A DNA stretch of 64,000 nt from Diadema antillarum (GCF_040938485.1 NW_027272137.1:620001-684000), one strand, 5' to 3'. Counted from the first letter of the stretch, positions 49,504 through 63,331 are shown. The notes: generated by a model from the sequence alone, not told the origin. Made by a program: numbers and translations.

Positions 49504-52500
49504 GTAGTATCATAATCAATCATGGACACATGTATAATCACCAACATCCCGTTGTTTTCGAGATATTTTGTAGAAAGTGTCTTATCTGACTTGAAACTCT
49601 AAATTATCGCGCTACAATTTTCTGTGCGCAATTCAAACCCTAACGAAATTTCCCGAAGAGGGAGGAATCAAAAGGCTTGGCTTGTTGAAAAAAAAAAAAT
49701 GTTACGATCCATGACGTGAAAAGACAGGATTTGTTGTTGTTGTTGTAGTTCTTGAATCCATAGAGAGCAATGTTTAAACTGATGATTGAATTAATAATGA
49801 TAAATGAAATGAAAGGTATAACGGCTGTGGTGACGAGAAGGCATATGATGCTAAGTAGTAATGATGACAACGACAATAATGATCCCACCTCTTGACCTGA
49901 CTAGGTTTTGGTATCGCCTTTATTTCTGTGATTAATTCATCATTATGTTCACATGAATGTACCATTTTGTGGCTTCTTTTTTATTTTCTCTATTCTTTCG
50001 GGAAATTGGGAACAAGAGTGTTTCATAAAGGTATTTACTGGAAAGATCGTGCGATAAGATGGTGATGATAAACACAGTGAAAAAGAACTGAAATGATAGA
50101 TAACAACAACAACGACCACAACAATGATAACTGTTCAGGCTTACATCAAAGTAATAAGATCGCAGACTCTCAATCGTTAGGTCTCGTGTTTGATTCCTAT
50201 GTGAGTTACCATACAGCACCCTTTGCCTTTGGCAAGAAACATGGTTCTTCGGAAGGCAATGTTGCCTCCTTAAATTAGTGTCCACGATACAACGATAGTG
50301 ATGATATCGATAGCAATAACATCAATACTGCCAATGATAATAATACTATACACTACTACTGATAATAACAATTAATGTGACAACTAAAATAATATTTGAA
50401 TAACAATAATGATGATAATGATCAACTTGGTAATGAACATCATCATCACCACTCTTGATAACTTAGAAGCAGCTACTTGGAATGCCGCATAAACTTTGGA
50501 AAACAAATATTAAAGGGAAATTCCGTCCTGATATGATGTTACTTTGTATGAAAACAGGTTAATCAGAGAAGCATGCAGATCAGTTAAAACTTGGAGAAAA
50601 ATCGGACATATATGATAAGTTGTGAAATGTTCAAGTTTAGTGAGTAGGCCTAAGACAAAATGGCAAATCTGCATGAGATAAGAATTGAGCAGCTCTCTTA
50701 TGAGTTTGGGTGGGGTCCCCTCCCCCCCCCCCCCCCGCGAAATCCAAAAATTTCATTCTTTTCAGAGAAATATTTTCTTCTTCTATACATAACAAAAAGT
50801 AGTGATACGTTTATATGTGTCTTCCTGAGCGGATAAATTCTGTCTGTGCCCATGCATTTGAGAAAATAGAGTTGCTAAATTGTCTTACAAGGCCTACTCC
50901 TGTATCTTGCACAATTTAAGATTTTTATATATGTCCACTTTTCCCCAAATTTTCATTGATCCACTCTCTGTTTAGTCTGTTTTTATACAAAGCAACATAT
51001 AATAATCATGGGTTTCCCCTGTAAACAGTGGAAGTCGTAAAACAGGTTTAACATGAGCAGAAATGACTGACGTTTTTGACGTCAAATCGCGGATATTCTG
51101 CAGAAAAAAGTATATAAAAACTATAAAAAACTGCTATAAAAACGTTACAGATATACCTGAATACCAATTTTGAAATACAATGAATTTAATTTATTTGAAA
51201 ATATGGTCCTTTCTGTTTACGACTTATCCAAGTTATACTTATCCAAGTTAGAATAAATTATTGCACTAAAAAAAAAGAAGCCATGTAATGTGTGATGGAA
51301 GTAATCAACAACCATGTCATTCGGACTAAACAAAATCATAAATAACTATAGCTACTGAATTGATCTTCAAAATGATTAGATATAAAGAATCTAAAATATG
51401 TCCTCCTTTTACCTAATTTTATTGACCACATAAAGGTTTTAAAATTTCAGACGGGGGTTTCGAAATCGGCTTCATTTACATTGTAAACGCATGTGTGATA
51501 TTTTGCATATACAGCCTTGTTTGACTATAGTGGAATTTAGTCGCAAACTTATGCAGTAATCTATCAGTTGTTGACATCATGATAGAATACTTGAATGTCG
51601 CCTAAATCTTCGATGAGATTCTCACATTTTCTTCATTAATGTAGGCCTACAAGAAACGAAAGGTCACACCATTAGTGAGTTGGTTGTCCTCATACCAATC
51701 AAGGCTATAACAAGCGGCTGAGATTATTAATTGGCATGGAATCTATACACAATAAAGCATAATAATTATGTTATATATCTTTTTTTTTTATTTCAGCATC
51801 TCAAAGTAGCTGATGCAAAACTACAAATGAAAGCAAGAAAGCACAAACATACACATATGCTGACATTTTGCAAACGTGTGGGATGAATAGAACGCGTATA
51901 ATTTGTAGCAAGTCACACCATTTTACGAAGCAAAACTCATATGAACAATAACAAAGAACATGAAGAAGGAATAATCTACATAGATTCTACCTATCTACAT
52001 CCAAAGTAATTTACGCTATCTGTGATTTATAGAGTATAAGGCATCATTCTAGTTCTGGTAGAGGCGAATTATCAAGTCATTTTGTTGAGTTGAGTGTAAC
52101 AGTATGGAGCTCTGGAATTTGGTAGATTGGAATGATCCGGGATCAACTTTGGTATTATTATGTCCAGCAAGTTTTCCTTTCATTTTCGCGGGACGGTTCA
52201 AACAGAATCATTGACTTCGCAAATTGTGTCCCTGTTTGTAAGTAGGCATACAATATCACATTATAGCAATGATAATTGAAGTTACACGTTGGTCATGACT
52301 CTTCAGATGTTTTAAATTCATGAACATATTTTTTTATGATGCGTTTATGAACATTAGAAATATCATTGTTTCACTTTAACTAAGATAGCAAAAGGAAATG
52401 TGGAGAGAAAATATACAGGTTCAAATTACACGATACATATCCTCAATCAAAAATAGCCGGGGGGTAAATGGCAAAGTATCTTGGTGCAGATTTTCAGGGG

Positions 52501-53127
52501 GTGTGTTATTTTTTAGTCACTTTTTAGTGCACTATTTCTGGTCAAAGAAGATGATATCAGAATATCACAGCATTCGTGATATCAGACTTAAGGGATGATC
52601 CATTATCATTCATTTGCAACATTATGCGTGTACTTGTTTTCACCTTGCATAAGTATGGTGAGAGGGCAAATTGGAATTTGACTATACCAATGACATGGAC
52701 CACTTTGAAATGGGAAGTCGATTTAAGACGTGCTGTCAAGAAAATAAGGATGATGAAAAAGACAAGACTGACGAGGTGTAAGGTTATACATGGCGTAATT
52801 CAGTTTAGACGAAACAGAGAAAATATTGATGCTTGTGTTTTTGTGAAAGTATTGGATATTTTGTGAGATGCTTTCCACTTGAAATATACATTTCATCATT
52901 AATGTTTCATGAACACCCTTGCAGTGTAATGATATGCTTGGGGAGATAAGTTAAGTATGAATGTGATTATCAGCGCCGCAGCTAACAATATCATTGTAAT
53001 TTCTGGATAAAGTGAGAAGGTAACTATTGCTTTTCACCAATTTGTGGAAATACTAGGAAGAAATAAGATACTAAGAGTTACGATGTTGGTAATCTTGATG
53101 AAAGAAAAAGAGAAGAAAGGCGGCTAT

Positions 53128-54402
53128 TTACTGACTTCCTAAGTAGACTCCACCGAGAGGAAGACCGTCGTTGCGTCTCATACTCGAGTATCCGCTCAGT
53201 AAGCCGCTGGAGTAGACACCGGCGAGATCGTTCTCCTCGTAGCTCGAGGTCGAACTGGAGATCGACAACGAGGAGCTCTGGGCCAACCCGACGCCGACAG
53301 ACGAGATAAAGCCAGAGTTGTGAGAACTGGGCTGAAACTGAGAGTAGGTGGGTGAGTACTGGGACGGCACGGTTGGCATCAAGGCCCGGGAGGTCGCCGG
53401 GGGAGGCGAGGCCGTCATCTGCCCGTAGGAGGACGGCTGGGGTGGCTGGTGAGGAGACGGTACGGGTGGGGGTGGCGGTGGTGGACACATACTCCAGCTG
53501 CTACCGTACTGCAGACAGCGAGAATAGGGCGAGTAGCCCCCCTCAGTCATGTATGAACGATCGATGATCGCGATTGGACGATGAGGACGGCGAAGTCTTC
53601 TTCGTCGTCGGTAGTTCCCCTTCTCAAACATGTCGTCGTAGGCAGGGTCAAGCGTCCAGTAGTTTCCCTTTTTCTCCCCACCACCTTCCCGTGCGATCTT
53701 GATGAAGCACTCGTTCAGGCTCAAGTTGTGACGGATGGAATTTTGCCAACCTTTCTTGTTCTTCTCGTAATAGGAGAATTTGTTGATGATGTACTGGTAG
53801 ATCTGACTTAAGGTAAGTTTTCGGTCAGGCGAATCCTTTATTGCCATGGCAATAAGAGCCACGTAAGAATATGGCGGCTTTTGGGCGGGATCTGGTTTGT
53901 CGTCGTCTGCGTCTTTATCTGTCTCTTTCTTGTCCACTCCCTTGTTATTGTCTGCCGTGTCCTCGGTCTGTACGCTGCGGTTGCTAAGAATGGGGGAGCC
54001 GGATTCCGTCGGCCTGGTTGACGATATGATCACGGCATCACCTCCCGCCATTCTCTGACCAACAGACGAAAGACCAGTTAGCTGACATTGTTGTGTGGTT
54101 CTAGAGGAAGGGCCGTCTTGTTGGAGGTGCAAAGCGTAGTGTTTACTGTCATCTCGACCTGAAAAATAGTCAGCCTTCTCGTGGACCATTGACGAGAAAT
54201 TCAACTCGCTGGCAGAGGTAGGCGGCGGGACTTCGGTCGGGACGTGGCAGGCGATAAGAAGACCCGATCCGTGGACGTCCACTGCTTCCGTCGCATCAGC
54301 TTTACTCAAGCTCCCGTAGCCTTCTCCGATCGGATGTTGAGAGCTGGTACCCGGAGCGATCGGCTGGAAAGCGCCGTGAATTCGATGATAGTAACTTTCC
54401 AT
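53128..54402 (-). CDS. FOXL2: Forkhead box protein L2, single coding exon, 424 aa
   Basis: Forkhead domain [101 protein letters not shown] is diagnostic of FoxL2. First ATG is at 54402 (the track starts at a GTG). Confidence 0.96.
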   Translation of the reverse strand: MESYYHRIHGAFQPIAPGTSSQHPIGEGYGSLSKADATEAVDVHGSGLLIACHVPTEVPPPTSASELNFSSMVHEKADYFSGRDDSKHYALHLQQDGPSSRTTQQCQLTGLSSVGQRMAGGDAVIISSTRPTESGSPILSNRSVQTEDTADNNKGVDKKETDKDADDDKPDPAQKPPYSYVALIAMAIKDSPDRKLTLSQIYQYIINKFSYYEKNKKGWQNSIRHNLSLNECFIKIAREGGGEKKGNYWTLDPAYDDMFEKGNYRRRRRLRRPHRPIAIIDRSYMTEGGYSPYSRCLQYGSSWSMCPPPPPPPVPSPHQPPQPSSYGQMTASPPPATSRALMPTVPSQYSPTYSQFQPSSHNSGFISSVGVGLAQSSSLSISSSTSSYEENDLAGVYSSGLLSGYSSMRRNDGLPLGGVYLGSQ

Positions 54403-55547
54403 ATCACACACTGGAGAGTGAGAGAGAAGATGAGGAATAAGGGAGGTTAATCCATAGAAAAATGAATTATTACTTTAGAAGTGTCGATATTCTGACCTAT
54501 CACATAAACGACTAAACTGACCGTTGCTGATCGGTGCTGTAATATAGTTCATAGACCAAGACAAGATACTTTGCGATAAGTTGACAATCAACTTGAATAT
54601 TCAATCTAAAGGAGTGATGAAAGCCATATCATAAATCTGGAAATTAAATGTTTTTATAGGTACCCCTTATAGGTGGAAATCAAATCAAGAAAATACAAAT
54701 TAAAATACACTAACCACAGTGACTTAGGTAGGATTTGTTCGCATGAACTCAACCTATGTCCCATTCTTAAACAATGGTGCACCTGTTGAGTGATGTATCT
54801 TTCAATTTCATCGCTTTCAGCAATCGTTAGCTCCCATAATATGGAAATTCCATTAATAATATTCATTATCAGGAGAAGGGTGAAATAGAATGAATATTGT
54901 GTGCGAAAGCTTTGGTAAAATGCCTCTTAGGTGCTTCGTAATTCAAATCAGGGAGGATTTATCTGGTATGATTATCATTATTAACCGCCATGGTATCAGG
55001 GAGACGTATGCGTATAACAAGATAGTCATGATAGTTGCTCTATTTAGAGTGTTAATTATACATTTATATGTGACAAATTTACAACAACGATAAAGAAAAT
55101 ATAGAATATTCAGAAGAAAAATAAAATGGAAGCTGTCTACAAAATACTTCATCTTTGTCTTAAACTTCCCAAAGATTTGCCTGTAGCTATTGCATCGATT
55201 GCAGTGTCACGTTAATATTGTTTTGAATTTCAAAACAGTATGAGCATGGCTTAGGTATAAACGCTAGTGCATAGATTTGGATGCAAAGGCGCCACTTCAT
55301 GAAGATTGGTCGAAAGGTCGCGAATTGGAAAAAAGTTAGCACTAATATTTACAATGTCTTCACAGCGGAACATACACTAATTTCTATCATTAATTTCATT
55401 CATTAACATGAGATGATTACTGAACGGAAGAGAAAGGCACTGTGTAGGAAAGTGAAAATTAGACATTAACTTTTCTTTCGAGTCGTTTTCAAAACATCAA
55501 CACCCACACAATTACAAAATACAAAATATTTCCGTGGCAAAACTCAC

Positions 55548-55740
55548 GTTTGTTTTCCGATGGAACGCAATGTTGATTAACAGGGCGCAGAAGATGAAGT
55601 GTGCGAAACGTCTTTACATGGGAAGTTTATTAAGCGAAAGAAAGTGTTGACAAAATACGAGTTCTGCACAAAAAGAGACGAATCGACACGTTGGAAGATG
55701 CGTACCATGCCGCAGACAGACCTTGTGACGTCAGGGGCAT
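55548..55740 (-). promoter_or_regulatory. Putative non-coding first exon / promoter of FoxL2
   Basis: Acceptor CTCTCACTCTCCAG| 8 nt before the ATG (54411). Donor AAC|GTGAGT at 55548/55547. CpG-rich region with palindromic CRE TGACGTCA at 55726-55733. Confidence 0.45.
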
Positions 55741-57269
55741 TGCGTTCGGAGAAAAGTCATCCGTGTTCGCGCCAGAGAGTCTATCGTGCGCAGCGATCGC
55801 AACCACTATCGCGATCGCGGACGATTGAAGTTAGATAAATGCCTTGTGCAAAGAATACTTGGTGTTGTTTGGATCGCTCCACGAGCTGTCTGACACTATC
55901 CTTGGCTTGTCATTAGGTCATTGTTGATCGATTGAAGGTGATTCTAGCTCCATCTTTGCCCGTACATCACTAGTATTGGTGAGTGATAGAACCCCGGTTG
56001 AGAGTGAATGGAGAACAGGGTGACGGCAGGGGGTCCGAGGAGAAGAAGACAAAAATAGAAAGGTGAAAATTTCGTTTTAAGATTAAATCATATCAAAAGA
56101 AAAAAATGAGGAAAACACCATGAGGAAGAGACAAAAAAGAGATGTAGAAATACTTAACAGCAGAAAAGACAATTTAAGGTGATAAAAATGCATAGAGAAG
56201 AGATAAAAATGAGATATAGAAAGATTGAACAGCGAAGAATTAATGATGATTCGTTTCAAATTGCGAAGAAGTCATTTGTAATATGAAAGCACTCGTCCTC
56301 AAGGGAGTCATTTATACCTGAAAAAAAAGCCCAATTCAGTTGGCATAAGAACGGTAAACTTTCGATCCTCCCTCCTTCCCCCCTCCCTCCCTCCCTCTCT
56401 CTCCCCCTCCCTCTCCTTCCCTCTCTCATTCAAGCATGACAGAACTACAAACAGTATTTCTCTCACAAGCCCGAGTTGGCATGAGGGCAAGGGTTTATCC
56501 TTTTGATTCGCTAGAGTCCATTTACCTCACTTGTCCGACAGTAAGTTCCACTTGTCCAGTGCAAGTGGCAGGTGGACTTGTGGTTCAACAAGAGGAAACT
56601 GCTTTGCTTCGCGAAGAAACAAGCAACAACTTTCTTTCATCGATGGCAGTTGGTACACGCCGCCCAACAATGAAGAGTCCACCAGAGCTGTTTGTCGCCA
56701 TCTATCGTCTAAGCACGCTCATAGTGTAAAGTTATTTCTTGGTACATCGTATATCTGTGTGCGTGACACGGGAATAGTGTGCGTGACACGGGAATAGTGA
56801 TGTTGTTAAACAATGCTGCAACTGCTACCTACCATGACATTGACAACCATTATGAGCAAGGTAGGGATCACGATCAACATTAGTACAGTCATTTTATTAC
56901 TTGGTCTTTGATCATCTTCATTACAATCATCACTGCTGATTACTTCAAATCCCACCCTTTTGATGACGTCATTCTGCAGCAGCGTACAGTGGTGATGCAG
57001 ATCACCCAAAAGTTTGAAGTTCTGTTCAACCTACACAATTCTTTTCGAAAGGCTATTCTCCTTCCTTATCTCTCTCTCTCCTCATAATCCACTGTTGCTA
57101 TGTACTTTCAATAAAAAAATATCCTCCTTTTTCTTACCTGTCCTGTGCACTCTTACAATCCTCTTTTCTGTAATTTCCAGTGGTCCATTAACAAGCCCCT
57201 CTACATCATCTCTACGATAATTATACCAAAGTATTTCTCACTGATATAAGTGAAATATTCCAACATCTT

Positions 57270-57835
57270 CATCATTCTCATCACCATCCTCCTAAACTCT
57301 TCCTCAGCTCATCCTCATCATAAGCTGTACTTTCTTGTCTATTATTATTCCAGTGACAGTAATCCATAATTTTCCTTTCTTAACCGCCATCATCCCTCCT
57401 CCTCCTTGTAGTCACAATCATCATGACCACCATGATCATAATTACCAGTCATTATTATCATTACCACCACCATCATCATTACCAACCATCATCACCATCA
57501 ACATTTCTACTATAATCATTAGCACCATCACTACGCCACCAATTATCACTATTATCATTATCACCATCATTATTGCCACTGTCATTACCACCATCATCAC
57601 CATCACCATCCCCATCATTACTATTCATCATTACAACCAATCATCAATATCATGACCATCAACATCATCACCACCACCATAATCAACATTATCGCCATCA
57701 TCACAATCATATCCACCATCACATTTATTACTACCACCATAATCAACACTATAACTGCCACCAACATCATCATCACCATAGCAACCATTACCACCACCAC
57801 CACATCTCTCCCATTCCTGATTCTCCCTCCCCTCC
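57270..57835. repeat. Degenerate (CAT/CAC)n low-complexity tract
   Basis: Explains several His/Thr/Ile-rich spurious ORFs. Confidence 0.9.
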
Positions 57836-58662
57836 AACCTGTGCCATCACTCATAAATAAATACTGCAGACAGAGACAGGATCAATTTTGTGATTTTCTT
57901 TTTAGTGTGATAAAAGCCACAAACCGATACAAATGTATATGACCTTGTATTTCATTGTACCCTTTTTCTTCAGAGTACTGTGTTTGCAATTTGCTTATTC
58001 AAGATTCCCAATAATTGAGAGGGGTAAGAAGGAAGTGGCCCCTTCCTATTAAGAAAAATAGATCTCTTTCCACACCAGGGAATCGTGTATTGGAGATACT
58101 ACTTAACACCTTTTTTAAACAGACATTGTCATTCACATACACCAGTGTTACACGCACAGTAAATGACAATAAAAGAAATTCTTGTACACGTGCACTTGCA
58201 CTTCTCACAGCAAAATAAATGGTGTAATACACTTCAAAATGCTGCCAGGTTCTTAAAAATGTTGATTTCCTGCAACTTTTAATTTTTTTAAAACTTAAAT
58301 CAGTCTCATTCATTGTCTCAATTCATTAGAAAAATTATGTAAATGAAAATAAGATCATTACACAAGCATCACATATTTCTCAATCACAGAACATTTGACA
58401 ATACTTGACCTGAAAGTGCCTTCAACCTTTCCACATACAATACAATGCAATACAATATTGTCTCCTCTAGTAACAGTCATTGTAATAATTTCTTTTTTTA
58501 GATCCCATGTCATAAAGCTGTGATTCAAAAAGAACACACTGTCAACATTGCCATGCACAAAAATGTACATGTATGAAGCATGAGAGCCCGTTTCCCACAA
58601 AATTTATAATAGGACCTACATGTAGGTTGAATGTGTTGAAGTTGGTTCTGACTCTGTCATGA

Positions 58663-58682
58663 ACAGCGCCACCTACTGTTGA
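58663..58682 (-). promoter_or_regulatory. CTCF-like binding motif, reverse orientation
   Basis: Minus strand TCAACAGTAGGTGGCGCTG fits the CASYAGRKGGCRS core. Confidence 0.45.
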
Positions 58683-61600
58683 CATAACTTTCACAAGGAT
58701 CAGTGGCTGCAACACTTTTTTTTCTTCTTTTTTTCCCCTCAATTGGTACTCAGCACACTGAAATAACAGTCCTTACCAGAACTTCCCTGACTGATGATTG
58801 GGCTGTTATGGATTTCATTCGTATTTGCATTCTTTTTTTTTTTTTTTCAAACATCAACCCAATCATCATTCCTATCAATTTTTTTTTCTTTTTTTTGTGT
58901 ATTTCATTTAAGCATTTTACTACAAAAATGCCATGCATTCTTCAAACTTTACACAGATACATACATACAATGACTATCAATATATATATATATAAACAAG
59001 CAGCGGATGAAAGATGCCTCTTCTAATGTTCCAACAAGGGAAAGGGGGAGGAAGGGGTGGGGAGGAAGGGGTGGGGAAGGGAGGATTTGCATATGTGGGA
59101 CTGTACTATATAACAATAGATGCTGAAGAATTTGGCCTTGCATTGAGTGGCTGAGCAGACTAGTCAACTTCAACAATGCTATGATTATCGGTGTCATCTT
59201 AAATTATCTTCATCTTTTCCCTAAAATGAATCCCTTTCCCATGAAATGAAAGTGAAAATTCAATGCTGGCTAAGTTTCACAGTTTCCCAGAACTAGAAAG
59301 TTTGTCATACAGATGCATGTATATGTGACTAGCACGGCCTCTTATCCTGTCTGCAGAAAAGAGCGATTCCAAAGAATAAAATAACACACAATTAGAAAAG
59401 AAATAATAATAATAATAAAACGGCAAGACATTATGGAAACTTGTCTTAGTAAGACATGACATAGTGAGGAAAATTTGACCAAGTCAGAATAATAAACATT
59501 TCTTTTGTCATACCTATCTTGTCACAGGAGCATATATGATAAAATTTCAAGTTGCCAAGATATGATTTGAATTAAGGGCAATGTGCCAGTCTTTAGAGTA
59601 TCAAAAATGATTGGGCTTTCAAGCTATTTATAATTTCCTTGTGTAACAAAGACTAAATCTAACTTGCTCAATTTCAACCTAAATGATACAAACTAACCAG
59701 GGAGGTGCCCATCTCCCCAGACTAAGGGCGTAACAAAGGCTGTCATAACAAAATATTGACGCAGAAATAACTTTTTGTTTTAAATCGTGCTGTACAATTT
59801 ATTTCCATAAAAAGAGGAAATACAAAAAGTTCAAATATTTCCATGAAGAATGAAAGCCATGTAAGTCATTGCAAATGAGATAACACTTTTACCAAACATA
59901 TGCCTGCTATGACCACATGTGAAAAATACTGACATATATATGAGTGTGTGGGGCAATGTAAGGTAGTATCCCTACTAAAGTAAATACAAATATTCCACTG
60001 CATATTATTCTTGGTTTATTATTTGAAGCTTCTCATTTGAGGACATGTTAACTTCACATTTGCGTCTGATATCTCCTTCCAGTTTTCTGTGAAATCAAAC
60101 AAAAGTTCTCATATTTTGGCCGTGTTTGTATGAATGAAAGATACAAGACTGATAAAATTAATATAGAACTACTGATTTCAGTCTACTCTGACCTGATATC
60201 ATCAAATGAAGAATGCTTGAATTATGCATTGTATCAATAACTCATGATTCGGATTCTTCATTTGCAGTATTGATTGATTCACATGCCATATAAACCATTA
60301 GTACAGAGTGTTCCGACATAAGTAGAAAAAACACACAAACTTGTCTTAAGAGCATTGTTGCTGGCATCACTGTCCCAGGGTCGAACTTTGCTAGGAAATC
60401 ATGCGTGTGATGGCTAATATGTCCCTTTAATCAGTGTCACAAGAATGTAATGAACAGTCACATTGTTTAATATGTACTGTGAAAGCGCATTCTGAATGGT
60501 CATTGCTTGCTATCAAGTTTGGTCAAATGATTGGTGTTTGAAAGCGTAACAAAACAACAGACAGGTTCTTGGTCTCAAAACAGGAATGTTTAAGAAATCT
60601 TCTAACAAATGGTCATGAGTTTCCTGTTTCGATTCATCCAAATTGGAAGGTTTAGCAACACAAGGTAGAAGACAGGATGATTGCAAACTTAACATTGTAT
60701 CAGTAGAAAATTGAAAAGAGTAATGAATGCTGTATGACGTCATGCATTCAATCACAAAATAATCGAAGTCTGAAGGTGGTTACTGCTTTCATTCTGAAAA
60801 ATGAATTGATAAATCAATTGTTGCCTGTAATCATGACACAAATTGTGATACATGCATCTAAAATCAGCAATGACATGATTACACATCACATAAAATTGTT
60901 GATAATGTGAATATAATTGATATAAATAGTCAACAAAACAATTTAAAAATAAACATAAATTGGTTGTTTAGGAACTGGAAAAATATTTTCAAAAAAGTAT
61001 AAAAACTGGCATATGTGCATATTTGTATGATACACATATACATATCTGTATATAAAAAAGTATATTGAACTCCAACTTTATCAATAGAAAGAAATGTAAT
61101 GAATGCCACATACATATTCTTTGTTTACTATCAGTCAATTTTTGTGAAAAAAAAAGGAAATGTATTACTCTCCCTAAACTGCACATGTTGAGTATTCACT
61201 TCACAGGTGTATATAAAAAGTGTATCTAACTACATATCTATATCTCATTTCCTATACATTTACTACCAAGCAGTATAGTAAATTTACACATAGCAAGTTT
61301 TCTTCTTCGTTTTTTCTACTGATTTTCAACAAATTTGTACAACCATAACAAGTGTCAACACTTCTATCACTAACTTTTCTAACCTGCTACAAAGCAGCAT
61401 TGGTCACACCGTCACTGGGAATTATCTACCAGAACTGTGGCAGCTACAGATGTACAGGTTCAGCAGGGATAGAAAAGTTTACATTTGGCCCCAGAGTTTT
61501 CTTGCAAATAACTTTTTCAAGGCTGTACGCAATACCCATCAGATTTTGATATTGCTTTTTTTATTTTTTTTAAATTTGTCAATCTATCAAGCTACATGTA

Positions 61601-62529
61601 TTTCAAGTTCTCCAAACTGTAACAGAGAATTATCCCTTGCAAGGAATGGTAGAGTGAAATCAAACACCTTACTCATATCATTTATGCACTAGTCAACTCG
61701 ATTATTAAAGTTCAATCAATTTGTAATTCTGCATGATCTTGTCTCAAAAACTTTCACAAACAGTTATTCATGTGTATGAGATAGTTAGAAAATATGACAC
61801 TTTCAAAACCATACAAAGCAGAAACATACAAAATTAATTTGGCTCCCTTTTGTTACATTAAACCTACTTCTTCTTCTTGAGACCTATGCTCAATGTTTTT
61901 TTCTATTTGAGGCAGCAGCCATACTTTGTAAGCGATTGTCAGTTCATTTGTATTTATAATCAATGATTTGCTGTGGTCATTTTGATTGCTTGCACTAAAT
62001 CAATCAATGACCACTTTGAAATTCAATCTGACTTTCTTTGAAAGCTTCAAAGGATTATATCGAGTCACTTCCAAAGGGATTCATGATGTATTTTGACTTG
62101 GAATCAAATGATGCATCTCTTCAAGATTTGCCGAAACTTTGTCTACAAAATTTGAGATTTTACTTTTATATTGCAAGTGACATTTGTGATATCGAAGTAG
62201 TAAATACAGCTTGCGATTGTCATCACACATAACTGGTGCAATCTTTATATTTGCGACCACCCGTGGAAGATAAAAGAATGTGGTCACAGAACTGTTTTCA
62301 CAGTCATACTATTATTGGCGGAAGGTTGAACTTGGCATGTCTGTATTTGGTAGTAAATGAGGTGTGCCAACTGACCAAGGAACCAAAATCTCACACCATC
62401 TCATCCTCTCTCTCTTCCTCTCTCCCTCTCTCTCTCTTCTCTTTCTCTCTTCCTTTCTCTCCTAGGCAGGACAGCGTTGTTCGCTGCTCTGCTCTGAACG
62501 AGTCACGAGCCCAGACACCTCGTTGGTCG

Positions 62530-62664
62530 TCACTGTTTGAAGACGGCAGCCTTTTCTTTAAACTGTTGTCTCCTGATCTTGGCTTCCTCTGCCTCCCGTT
62601 TCTTCTGCTCCTGCTCATCAAGGATCTCCTGCATGAACTTATTCTCCTGGGTTTGTTGCTGGAT
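62530..62664 (-). CDS. EFHD2: Last coding exon of an EF-hand domain protein D1/D2 (swiprosin-1)-like gene; rest lies beyond the window
   Basis: Acceptor TCTTGCCCAG| then IQQQTQENKFMQEILDEQEQKKREAEEAKIRRQQFKEKAAVFKQ*. Resembles the EFHD/Swip-1 C-terminal coiled coil (..IEQQLRTNKFHDEIRAEQEERRREEEERAQRRLQFQQRAAIFQ, from memory). Confidence 0.8.
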   Translation of the reverse strand: MQQQTQENKFMQEILDEQEQKKREAEEAKIRRQQFKEKAAVFKQ

Positions 62665-63047
62665 CTGGGCAAGAAATGAGGAGAGGAATAATGTCAGACA
62701 ACAGGTGGATTGAGAGAGATAAAGAGAACAAATGATGGTGAGAGAGAGATAGGTAGATGTGGGTAGATTATGATCAGATGGATACAGTGAAGAAAAAATA
62801 CTGACAAATTCCTGGTTTGATGAAATGAAAAAAACACACACACACACAATTAATTAATGAGTATTAAATGAATTTAAAAAAAAAGAGAAAAAATAATAAA
62901 ACCAGGAGAAAATTGTATGACGAAAGAGACAGAGGGTTGGAGTCAATTACAGCCATAGAAAAATAATCAAAAGACAAATGGACTACATGAACTTGGTAAA
63001 GAGGACTCTTTTTGATTATAAGAAATCTGAACAATTTTGTGATGCCC

Positions 63048-63140
63048 TTAACCCGTTGAAGACGAGTCCCAAGTATACTCGGGCAGGTGTCTATGGGAAA
63101 CGTGTGTTGAAGCAAAATCAGCCCATCCTCAACGGGTTAA
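63048..63140. mobile_element. ~90-bp piggyBac-like MITE (copy 3)
   Basis: TTAA|CCCGTTGAAGAC...ATCCTCAACGGG|TTAA. Confidence 0.8.
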
Positions 63141-63331
63141 GAATGGTAGAAACTTCTACTGTCTGAATACAATGTAGACTGTGTATATTAGATACAGTGT
63201 TTCCTATTCAATTTGACAAGTGGTTATTTCAAGCTTGAATCTTAGTGAAGAATGCTGATCCATGATGGATTTTAAACTTGTGCAGTGTCCTATACAACAA
63301 CACATTCTTTTCCGCCTGTCAAAACTTTGGA

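Noticed and set aside
62391-62672. 93-aa Arg/Ser-rich ORF MPRSSNKPRR
   Set aside because: Alternative frame of the EFHD-like terminal exon running into a (GA)n repeat.
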